In this document: piece after piece, positions 10,319 through 20,184 of the stretch
How positions within the stretch are numbered: position 1 is the first letter of the stretch
How the letters are laid out: each line of letters begins with the position of its first letter
Origin: an uncultured Chloroflexia bacterium
GTDB taxonomy: Bacteria > Chloroflexota > Limnocylindria > QHBO01
Assembly (NCBI GenBank): GCA_963827475.1
Contig: CAWHAZ010000004.1
Span: 1 to 64,000 of the forward strand
Length of the DNA: 64,000 nucleotides
Reading direction: 5' to 3'
Translations under genes and position numbers: made by a program
The notes under the pieces: model-generated
The model's database searches: none
Seen by the model: the letters and a program-made list of their open reading frames with translations, nothing else
Told to the model about the DNA's origin: nothing

Positions 10319-11013
10319 AGCGAAAGATCCTGGTCGTCGAGGACGACCGTACGCTCCGCCAGGCACTCACCTTCAATCTGGCGCGGGAAGGCTACGAAGT
10401 CGCCAGCGCGGTCGACGGTGAGCAGGCCCTGGCGGCCGGGCGCGATCGGCGCCACGACCTCATCCTGCTCGACCTCATGCTGCCGGGGATGAGCGGCCTC
10501 GAGGTGCTCCGTACCCTGCGGCGAGAAAGCATCGAGACGCCGGTGATCATCCTCTCGGCCAAGGGCGAGGAGGTCGACCGGGTGGTCGGCCTCAAGGTCG
10601 GCGCGGACGACTACGTGCCGAAGCCGTTCAGCCGACCGGAGCTGCTCGCCCGGGTCGAGGCCGTCCTCCGGCGCGACGGGCGGACCGGATCCGAGGCTGA
10701 CGCCCAGCGCGAGGTGCTCACCTCGGGGACGATCCAGATCGACGTCGGCCGTCGGGAAGTGTCCGTCGGCGGACAGGCGCTGGACCTGACGACCAAGGAG
10801 TTCGACCTCCTGTCCCATTTCGTGGCCCACCCTGGTCAGATCTTCACGCGCCATCAGCTGCTCGCGCGCATCTGGGGGTATGACTACGACGGGACGGACC
10901 GCACCGTCGACGTCCACGTCAGCTGGCTCCGCACCAAGCTCCGGGCGATCGATGGCCACGACTACTTCCGAACGGTGCGCGGCGTGGGATACGCGTTCCG
11001 ACCCCGACCGTGA
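10315..11013 (+). CDS. phoB: PhoB/PhoP-type response regulator
   Basis: KILVVEDD, LLDLMLP, GADDYVPKPF, RTVDVHVSWLR. The frame extends upstream of the listed ORF to CTG at 10315. Confidence 0.85.
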   Translation: MKRKILVVEDDRTLRQALTFNLAREGYEVASAVDGEQALAAGRDRRHDLILLDLMLPGMSGLEVLRTLRRESIETPVIILSAKGEEVDRVVGLKVGADDYVPKPFSRPELLARVEAVLRRDGRTGSEADAQREVLTSGTIQIDVGRREVSVGGQALDLTTKEFDLLSHFVAHPGQIFTRHQLLARIWGYDYDGTDRTVDVHVSWLRTKLRAIDGHDYFRTVRGVGYAFRPRP

Positions 11014-12083
11014 CCTCCGCCGAGACCCTGAGCGCCGTTCTGGCTCGGCGCGGGGACGACGCGCTGGTGGTGATCGACGACCGGTTACGCATCCGTGATG
11101 CGTCGGCCGAGGCGGCCGCCCTCGCCGATCGGACGCTGGAACAGCTTCGCGGCCTGAGCCTCATCGCCGCCTTCGGGTCGGCGCCGCTGGACGAGCTGGC
11201 CAAGAGCGCCATCAGCGACCGCGTTGCGCGCACCGGCGAGGCCGCACTCGGCCAGATGTCGGCTCGCCAGTTCGAGGCGCAGGCCGTTCCCTTGCCGTCC
11301 GGCGGTCTGCTCCTGTGGCTCCACGACGTGACCGCGGCGCGGCGCGCCGCGCAGGCCCGGCGCGACATCGTGGCCAATATCAGCCACGAGCTCCGGACGC
11401 CGTTGGCCTCCATCAAGCTCCTGGCGGAGACGCTGGCCGACGGGGCCGTGGCCGATGCCGAGATCAGCCGGGAGTTCGCGGTTCAGATCCAGCGCGAGGT
11501 GGATCACCTGGCCCAGCTCGTCGACGAGCTGCTCGACCTGTCCATGATCGAGTCGGGCGAGGTCGCACTCGTGATCGAGGCGGTCGCTCCGAAACGGGTT
11601 CTCGAGGACGTGGCCGACCGCATCGGTCCCATCGCCGCCCGCCGCGAGGTCAGCGTCCGGATCGCCGGCTCGGGTCGGGAGTCGGACGACGACCGTGTGC
11701 GCGCGGCCGCCGATCCCGCCCGCCTGTCCCAGGCGCTGCTGAACCTGGCGCACAACGCGGTGAAGTACAGCCGCCGAGGCGGGGAGGTCCGCCTTGGCTG
11801 GGACGGGACCGCGGCCGGCGTTCGGTTCTGGGTGGCGGACGACGGCGTCGGCATTCCGCTCGCCCACCGGGAACGGATCTTCGAGCGCTTCTACAAGGTC
11901 GATCGGGCGCGGGCCCGGGCGGATCGCGAAGACGAGCCCCGGCAGATGGGCGGGGCCAGCGCCGGCCTGGGACTGGCCATCGTCCGCCATATCGCGGAGG
12001 CGCACGATGGGGCGGTCGGCTTCGAGAGCGAGGAGGGGGTGGGCTCCACCTTCTGGATCGAGGTCCCCCGGGCGGCGGGGTGA
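11010..12083 (+). CDS. phoR: PhoR-type PAS histidine kinase (no obvious TM)
   Basis: ANISHELRTPL, RIFERFYKVDRAR, AGLGLAIVRHI. Last gene of the pst operon. Confidence 0.85.
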   Translation: MTSAETLSAVLARRGDDALVVIDDRLRIRDASAEAAALADRTLEQLRGLSLIAAFGSAPLDELAKSAISDRVARTGEAALGQMSARQFEAQAVPLPSGGLLLWLHDVTAARRAAQARRDIVANISHELRTPLASIKLLAETLADGAVADAEISREFAVQIQREVDHLAQLVDELLDLSMIESGEVALVIEAVAPKRVLEDVADRIGPIAARREVSVRIAGSGRESDDDRVRAAADPARLSQALLNLAHNAVKYSRRGGEVRLGWDGTAAGVRFWVADDGVGIPLAHRERIFERFYKVDRARARADREDEPRQMGGASAGLGLAIVRHIAEAHDGAVGFESEEGVGSTFWIEVPRAAG

Positions 12084-12090
12084 GGTCGGC

Positions 12091-13141
12091 CTAGTCCCCG
12101 GCGGCCGCCTCGGCGCGCAGGGCGCGGATCATCGGCACCCGCGGGTCATCGGGCGCGGCGGCCAGGAACTCGTCGAAGGCCGCCAGCGCGGCTTCGGCGT
12201 CGCCCTCGCCCTGCCAGGCGATGAGGCCGCGGAAGAAGGGGACGTCGGCCGAATCGGGCTCCAGATCGGCGAGCGCATCGGTCGCCGCCGCGGCATCGGC
12301 CCAGGCTTCGGCCCGGATGTAGGCGGTGATCAGCCGACCGTACGGCTCCGGGTCGTCGGGCGCCTGACCGATGAGCGCCAGCAGGACGAACGCGGCGCGC
12401 TGGAGGTCCTCGGCGGTGGAGCCGGCAAGGTAGGCATCGGCCAGGTCGGAGAGCGCTTCGGTGTCCCGTGGATCGGCGGCCACCTGATCCAGGAGCTGCT
12501 CGATCTCCGCCTGGCGCCGGGCTTCGGCCGCTTCGGCCTCGGCCAGCGGCTGGTTGACCACGGTGTCCGCCGCGAGCCCGTACGGCTCGGGCAGGAAGAA
12601 GCCGATCCCCAGCAGCACCACCAGGCCGATCGCGATCGCGACCGCCATCCGGCGGGCACGGAGCGAGGTCTCCGACGGCAGCGATGCGGCCTCCAGGCCG
12701 AACGGGGCGGCGGCTCCCGGCGAGATCTCCGCTGCGTCCTCCGACGCTGGAGCACCGGTCGGGACGGAGCAGCCAGGCGGCGAGGACCAGCGCGCCCAGG
12801 GCGGTGACCAGCAGCGGCACGAGCCACGGGGCGATGCCGGGCGGGGTGAGCAGGATCCACGGCCCGTAGCGGGCGACGAACGAGTCGCGGATCTCGTCCG
12901 GGGTCCGTCCGGCGGTGAGCTGCGCCACGATCTCGCGCCGGATCTGGGCCGCGGCCTGGGTCGGGGAGTCCGCCGCCGACAGGCCCGCACAGTCGGGGCA
13001 GCGGAGCTCTGCGGCGATCGCCTGGGCGACATCGGCCTGGGTCTGCGGCGCTCCGGGACGGAGGACGAGCAGCGCCCCGACCACGACCGCGGCCACGACC
13101 AGGACGGCGCCCAGCCAGCGAGGACCCGCGGCCCGGGTCAC
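12091..13141 (-). CDS. ccmH: Cytochrome c biogenesis protein CcmH with TPR (CcmI-like) C-terminal part; frameshift ~12760
   Basis: ELRCPDC, FVARYGPWILLTP, then a TM segment and TPR-like helices. Confidence 0.8.
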
Positions 13142-13665
13142 GGGCTGACTCCGATGAGCGCCAGGTTCTCCGCCATGTCGGCCTCGGTCAGCGGACCGAA
13201 GTGCTTGGCCCGGATCACGCCCTCCGCGTCGACGAAGAACGTCTCCGGCGGGCCCAGCACGCCGTAGTCAAGGGCCACCGCCCCGGACGCGTCGTCGCCG
13301 TTCGGCCATCCCCCGTCGCCGTAGCGGACGAGGAACTGGCGGGCGTCGGCGGGATCGTCGTCGTACAGGATGCCGACCAGCTGGACCTGGTCACCGAACC
13401 GGTCGGCAGCGTCCAACAGCACCGGGTGCTCGTCGACGCAGGCGGGGATGCACCAGCTGGCCCAGAAGTTGACGACCATCGGTACCCCGGCCAGCGAGGC
13501 TGAGGAGACCGTGGTCCCGTCGAGGCCGGTCAGCTCGAACGGCGGCATCGGCTCCCCGACGAGCGGGGATGGGATCTCGGACGGGTCCCGGCCAAGGCCG
13601 GTGAACAGGATCCAGGCCAGGGGCACGGCAAGGATGGGGATGAGCAGCCAGCGGGCGGTGCGCAT
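13138..13665 (-). CDS. ccmG: CcmG/DsbE thiol:disulfide interchange protein
   Basis: IPSPLVG, VNFWASWCIPAC, GPPETFFVD. Confidence 0.85.
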   Translation of the reverse strand: MRTARWLLIPILAVPLAWILFTGLGRDPSEIPSPLVGEPMPPFELTGLDGTTVSSASLAGVPMVVNFWASWCIPACVDEHPVLLDAADRFGDQVQLVGILYDDDPADARQFLVRYGDGGWPNGDDASGAVALDYGVLGPPETFFVDAEGVIRAKHFGPLTEADMAENLALIGVSP

Positions 13666-13668
13666 CGG

Positions 13669-15661
<1,993 letters not shown>

Positions 15662-15666
15662 GGCGC

Positions 15667-16098
15667 TCAGGGCAGCGGGTAGTCGGACGGGGCGACGTAG
15701 TTCTCGTCGTGCCGGACCAGGACCTCGTCGGCCTCGAACACGCCGTCCGCTCGGAGCGTCCCTTCGACCACCGCCCCGGCCCCCTCCCGGAACGAGCTGG
15801 TGGGAGCGACCGTCGAGTGCACGGTGATCTCCGTCTCGCCATCGGTCAGGACGAAGGTCAGGTCGGTGGCCGATCCGCTGCGGCTGCCGGGCAGGACCAG
15901 GCCGCCGAGCCGGACGGGCGCTCCGACGGCCGCCTCGCCCCGCGCGGCGAGCTCGGTCGGGGTCAGGTAGTAGACGAGCGCGCTGCTGAGGCCGCTGAAC
16001 AGCAGCCAGGCCAGGATCGCGCCGATGGCGGCGACCGCGAGCCATGGGCCCCAGGCGCGCCGTCGCGCGGGGGGTGGGAGCGGGGCGGCTTGGGTCAT
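15667..16098 (-). CDS. ccmE: Heme chaperone CcmE
   Basis: VYYLTP, VRLGGLV, FREGAGAVVEG, RHDENY. Confidence 0.93.
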   Translation of the reverse strand: MTQAAPLPPPARRRAWGPWLAVAAIGAILAWLLFSGLSSALVYYLTPTELAARGEAAVGAPVRLGGLVLPGSRSGSATDLTFVLTDGETEITVHSTVAPTSSFREGAGAVVEGTLRADGVFEADEVLVRHDENYVAPSDYPLP

Positions 16099-16250
16099 CG
16101 GTCCGGTGCGGACGGCTCCTCGGGCCCGCCTGTGGCCCGCTCAGCCCGCCGCAGGCGGCGGACCAGGGTGAACGCGTACAGGGCGATCGCGCCCAGGATC
16201 ACGCCGTAGCCGGCAACGACGAAGACCACGTCGGGAACGGCGGCGATCAC
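16095..16250 (-). CDS. ccmD: CcmD-like small membrane protein
   Basis: One TM helix followed by basic RRLRR. Lies between ccmC and ccmE with 4-nt overlaps on both sides. Confidence 0.7.
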   Translation of the reverse strand: MIAAVPDVVFVVAGYGVILGAIALYAFTLVRRLRRAERATGGPEEPSAPDR

Positions 16251-16963
16251 GGGTTTGCCTCCCCGGCCGGGGCGAGGCCGACCAGCTGGCTGCGGCGCAC
16301 GGCGTCCTCGCTGGCCGACTCGAGGCGAGCGAGGCGATAGCGGCTGATCATCAGCCACAGCCACGCGATGCTGAACGCACCGAGCATCAGGAGCAGGGCG
16401 GCGACGAACTGGCCGGGCGCGGGCGGGTCGAGCACGGTCTCCGGCGAGCCGAACGTCGGGCCCTGGTGCAGCCCGCGCCACCAGATGACGCTGAAGTGGA
16501 CGATCGGGATGTTGATGGCGCCGATGACGCCGAGGACCGCCGCCCGCGTCGCGCGCCGGGCCGGCTCATCGGTCAGGCGACGGACGAGCAGGTAGCCGAC
16601 GTACATCGCGAGCATGACCGCGGTGGTCGTCAGCCGCGGATCGCCCCAGTCCCAGAACGTCCCCCACACCGGGCGGCCCCACATCATCCCGGCCCAGATC
16701 GTGGAGGCGGTGAACAGCACGCCCACTTCCGCGCCGGCGAGGGCGACGGCGTCCGCCCGCGGATCGCGACGAACGAGCCACCAGACCGAGGCCGCGGCGG
16801 TGACCCCGAACGAGAGGTACGCCAGCCACGCGGTGGCGACGTGGATGTACATGATCCGCTGCGGCTCGCCCTGGTTGAGGTCGGCGGGGACGACGAACAG
16901 GGCGAAGAGCGTCGCCGCCGCGACGGCCACGATGGCCCCGATCCCCAGCACCCGTACCGCCAT
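16247..16963 (-). CDS. ccmC: Heme exporter CcmC
   Basis: RIMYIHV, WGRPVWGTFWDWGDPRLT, IVHFSVIWWRGLHQ. Confidence 0.95.
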   Translation of the reverse strand: MAVRVLGIGAIVAVAAATLFALFVVPADLNQGEPQRIMYIHVATAWLAYLSFGVTAAASVWWLVRRDPRADAVALAGAEVGVLFTASTIWAGMMWGRPVWGTFWDWGDPRLTTTAVMLAMYVGYLLVRRLTDEPARRATRAAVLGVIGAINIPIVHFSVIWWRGLHQGPTFGSPETVLDPPAPGQFVAALLLMLGAFSIAWLWLMISRYRLARLESASEDAVRRSQLVGLAPAGEANP

Positions 16964-16968
16964 GGCCG

Positions 16969-17658
16969 CTACTCCTCGAGGGCCAGGCCGTAGGTCAGGC
17001 CGCCGGCCAGCAGCATGGCCAGGTCATAGCCCACCAGCAGCTGGAGCCAGCCGGCCAGCTCACCGAAGGGATCGCCGGCCAGGAGCACGGCGGTCGCGCT
17101 GACCGATGCCAGCAGGAGCGGGGCCAGGACCGGGAGCAGGAGCAGCGGGAGGAGGACCTCGCGGGCCCGGAGCCGCACGGTGAGCCCGGCGTACAGGGTG
17201 CCGACGGCTGCGACCCCCACCGCGCCGAGACCGATGACCAGGGCCAGCGCCGGCCCGGCGGTCGCGAGATCGACCCCGAACAGGATGACGGTGAGCGGCA
17301 GGACGAGGGCGCCGAGGGCGAGCATCGCGACGAGGCCGCCGAGCGCCTTGCCGAGGTAGATCCCGGCCCGGCTGATCGGATACAGCCCCAGGAGCTCGAA
17401 CGCGCCGTCCTCCGTCTCGAGGTGGTGGAGCCGGCCGAGCGCCGCCATCCCGCTCAGGATCACGGCCAGCCACAGCAGGCCCGGACCGGCGGCCGCCAGG
17501 CGGTCCTGGTCGGGACCGAGGGCGAAGCCGAAGATGAGCATCGTGACCGCGGCCAGGAACAGGGTCGAGGTCACCGCCTGGCGACCCCGCAGCTCGGCGC
17601 GCAGGTCCTTGGCCGCGATCACGCCGGCCACGGCCAGGTGGTGGCGCATCGCGGTCAC
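16969..17658 (-). CDS. ccmB: Heme exporter permease CcmB
   Basis: KDLRAELR, EDGAFELL, REVLLPLLLLP. As sequenced it is in frame with ccmA. Confidence 0.9.
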   Translation of the reverse strand: MTAMRHHLAVAGVIAAKDLRAELRGRQAVTSTLFLAAVTMLIFGFALGPDQDRLAAAGPGLLWLAVILSGMAALGRLHHLETEDGAFELLGLYPISRAGIYLGKALGGLVAMLALGALVLPLTVILFGVDLATAGPALALVIGLGAVGVAAVGTLYAGLTVRLRAREVLLPLLLLPVLAPLLLASVSATAVLLAGDPFGELAGWLQLLVGYDLAMLLAGGLTYGLALEE

Positions 17659-18444
17659 GGGCGCGCCCCCGCGCGGCTGGGCCCCGGACGTCGGCTCGCG
17701 GCCGGGCGCGGCCGTGACGGCGGTCCGGCCCGTGACACCGGAGCCGCCGACCTCGGCCAGCAGACCGTTGTCGAGGCGCATCCAGCCGTCCATCCGCGGC
17801 GCCAGCCGCTCGGCCGCATGGGTCGCGACCAGCACGGTGGTCCCGACCGCCCGCCACTCATCGAGCAGCGCGTCGACCAGGGTCAGCCCCTCCGCGTCGA
17901 GCGCTGCGTACGGCTCGTCAAGGAGCACGAGGCGTGGATGACCGAGCAGGATCCGTCCCAGCGCCAGGCGGCGCCGCATCCCGGCCGAGAAGCGGCCGAC
18001 CCGCGCATCCCGTTCCGCGGCGAGGCCCACCCGCTCGAGCGCGGCGCGGACCCGGCCCACTCGATCCGGGCCGGGGATCCGAAGCAGGGCTGCGGCGAAG
18101 TCGAGGTTCTCCACCGCGCTCAGGTCGTCGTACAGCCCGGTGGCGTGGGTGAGCAGCGCAACCCGAGGGCGGATTTCCTCCGGTCGCTCGGCGACGTCGA
18201 TGCCGTCCACCGCCGCCGACCCGAACGACGGCCGGAGAGCCGTGGCCAGGATGCGCAGGAGGGTCGTCTTGCCCGCCCCGTTGGCCCCAAGCACGGCCAC
18301 GGCGCGCCCGGCCTCGACCCGCACCGAGACGCCGGCCAGCGCCGGACTGCGTCGGAAGAGCCGGGCCAGGTCGCGGGTCTCTATGCCCGGCGTGGTCTGG
18401 TCAGTGACCCCCGTCGGGCGAACGTGGATGGTGGTCGGCGACAT
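17655..18444 (-). CDS. ccmA: Heme exporter ATPase CcmA
   Basis: GANGAGKTT, FSAGMRRRL, LLDEPY. Confidence 0.9.
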
Positions 18445-18478
18445 GCCTCTTCCCGTGGGCGGAGGGGCGGGTGGCGGA

Positions 18479-18507
18479 AGTGTGGAACCTGCCCCAGAAT
18501 GCGTCAA
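18479..18507 (-). promoter_or_regulatory. Sigma70-type promoter candidate for the ccm operon
   Basis: TTGACG-17 bp-CACACT on the minus strand, upstream of ccmA. Confidence 0.5.
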
Positions 18508-18554
18508 TTCCCGGGCACTCGCACTCAGATCCCCGGAGACAGGAGATCGTGACC

Positions 18555-19019
18555 ATGTCCACGTTGCGCCCAACCCCGACCTCCCGCCACCTCCATGGGG
18601 CTGCATATCTCATCACCGCCGTCCTGGTCCTCGCAGCCTGTCAATCGTCGGCCAGCGGCTCCCCGGAAGAGAGCGCTGGCGCCTCTGAGCACGTCATGTC
18701 CGAGGCCCCGTCGGAGGCCGCTTCCGCGGCCCCGTCCGAAGGGCCACAGAGCGGGGAGATCACGGTGACCATCGCCGGTAACTCGTTCGGTCCCGACCTG
18801 ACCATCACCGCGGGCTCGTCCGTCGTGTTCGTCAACAACGACTCGGTGGGCCACACCGTGACCAACGGAACCGATGGGACGCCCGAGGCCGACGCAGCCT
18901 TCGACGTCGCGGTGGCGGACGGCGAAACGACCGACTCGATCGTGTTCGATACCCCCGGCACCTACAACGTGACGTGCAAGATCCACCCGAACATGAGCCT
19001 GATCATCACGGTCGTCTAG
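18555..19019 (+). CDS. Plastocyanin/amicyanin-like blue copper lipoprotein
   Basis: Lipobox LAAC, Ser/Ala/Glu-rich linker, NNDSVGHTVT and CKIHPNM type-1 Cu ligands. Confidence 0.9.
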   Translation: MSTLRPTPTSRHLHGAAYLITAVLVLAACQSSASGSPEESAGASEHVMSEAPSEAASAAPSEGPQSGEITVTIAGNSFGPDLTITAGSSVVFVNNDSVGHTVTNGTDGTPEADAAFDVAVADGETTDSIVFDTPGTYNVTCKIHPNMSLIITVV

Positions 19020-19033
19020 GTCGTCGCCAGAGT

Positions 19034-19074
19034 TTTGACCGGAGTTTGACCCTCCCCGGGGGCGGTGCTACCGT
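19034..19074 (+). promoter_or_regulatory. Promoter with direct repeat upstream of the HxlR regulator
   Basis: TTTGACC at 19034 and 19045 (11-bp spacing); TTGACC-17 bp-TACCGT with an extended TG. Confidence 0.55.
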
Positions 19075-19084
19075 TCGGCGCCGT

Positions 19085-19459
19085 ATGGAAGCTGGCCTCC
19101 AGGCCCCGATCCCAGCCCCCACCGGTCGAGCCCACCGCCGCGCGGTGGCGAGTCGCGGCGAAACGGCGGCCACCGCCGCCCTGACCGTGCTCGGCCAGAA
19201 GTGGGTGCTGCGCATCGTCCACTCCCTCGGGGAGCGGACGCAGCGCTTCTGCGAGCTGCAGGACGCCCTCGGCGGCGCCAACTCGGCGACCCTGTCGCAG
19301 CGTCTCAAGCTCCTCGAGGACGAAGGCCTCATCTCACGCCGCGTGGTGTCCAGCGTTCCACCCTGGGTCGAGTATTCGCTGACCCCGAAGGGCCGCGAGC
19401 TGCACGAGGCCCTGGCCCCCATCGACCGCTGGGCGGACCGATGGGCGGCCTCCGCCTGA
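19085..19459 (+). CDS. HxlR-family winged-helix regulator
   Basis: LGQKWVLRIV, RFCELQ, TLSQRLKLLE, PPWVEYSLTPKG. Confidence 0.92.
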   Translation: MEAGLQAPIPAPTGRAHRRAVASRGETAATAALTVLGQKWVLRIVHSLGERTQRFCELQDALGGANSATLSQRLKLLEDEGLISRRVVSSVPPWVEYSLTPKGRELHEALAPIDRWADRWAASA

Positions 19460-19487
19460 GCCTCAGCACCGGCCGGAGACGCCCCCG

Positions 19488-20009
19488 GTGAGCCACCCGG
19501 TCGCCGAGCCGGCGCCCGGAGAGCCCGTCGACGCGCTTGCCATGGTCCGCGACACGGTGGCCGCCGCGGCGGGACCCGGGGAAGCCGGGCAGGCCGCGGT
19601 CGACATCCTCTACGAGCGGTTCCCCCACTACGACTGGGTCGGCATCTACTGGGTCGACCCCTCGGGCACCGAGCTCGTGCTCGGGCCGTGGACCGGCCCG
19701 GAGGCGACCGAGCACACCCGGATCCCGATCGGCACCGGCATCTGCGGCGCAGCGGCCGCCAGCGGGCGGACGGAGATCGTGGACGACGTGAACGCCGACC
19801 CGCGTTACCTCGCCTGCTTCACGACCACCCGGTCCGAGATCGTGGTCCCGATCTTCCACGAGGGCACGGTCGTGGGCGAGATCGACATCGACGGGTCCGA
19901 TCCGGCCGCATACGGCGAGACCGACGCGCGTTTCCTGGAGGAGGTCGCGGCCCTGCTCGCCCCGCTGCGCCCGGAGGCTACAGCCCCGCCAGGGCCAGGA
20001 AGTAGCTGA
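19488..20009 (+). CDS. Stand-alone GAF protein (free Met-R-sulfoxide reductase MsrC-like)
   Basis: DWVGIY, GICGAAA, YLAC..TRSEIVVP, GEIDID. Confidence 0.8.
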   Translation: MSHPVAEPAPGEPVDALAMVRDTVAAAAGPGEAGQAAVDILYERFPHYDWVGIYWVDPSGTELVLGPWTGPEATEHTRIPIGTGICGAAAASGRTEIVDDVNADPRYLACFTTTRSEIVVPIFHEGTVVGEIDIDGSDPAAYGETDARFLEEVAALLAPLRPEATAPPGPGSS

Positions 20010-20184
20010 GCAGGTAGGGCAGGGCCAGCACCAGGACCACGATCGCCAGCCCGAGGCCGACCCAGGCGAAGACCTTCAGGTTGGGCGGTGAGGGGTGCTC
20101 GGGCGGTGGCGTGAGTCGCCGGGGGAGCCGGATCGGCCGGCGGGGCGCTTGGTGCTCGTAGGCGTTCGGCTTCAGCTCAGGCAT
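19978..20184 (-). CDS. Small single-TM hypothetical protein
   Basis: Start overlaps the tkt end; Pro-rich N-terminus and a clear hydrophobic helix. Confidence 0.55.
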   Translation of the reverse strand: MPELKPNAYEHQAPRRPIRLPRRLTPPPEHPSPPNLKVFAWVGLGLAIVVLVLALPYLLSYFLALAGL

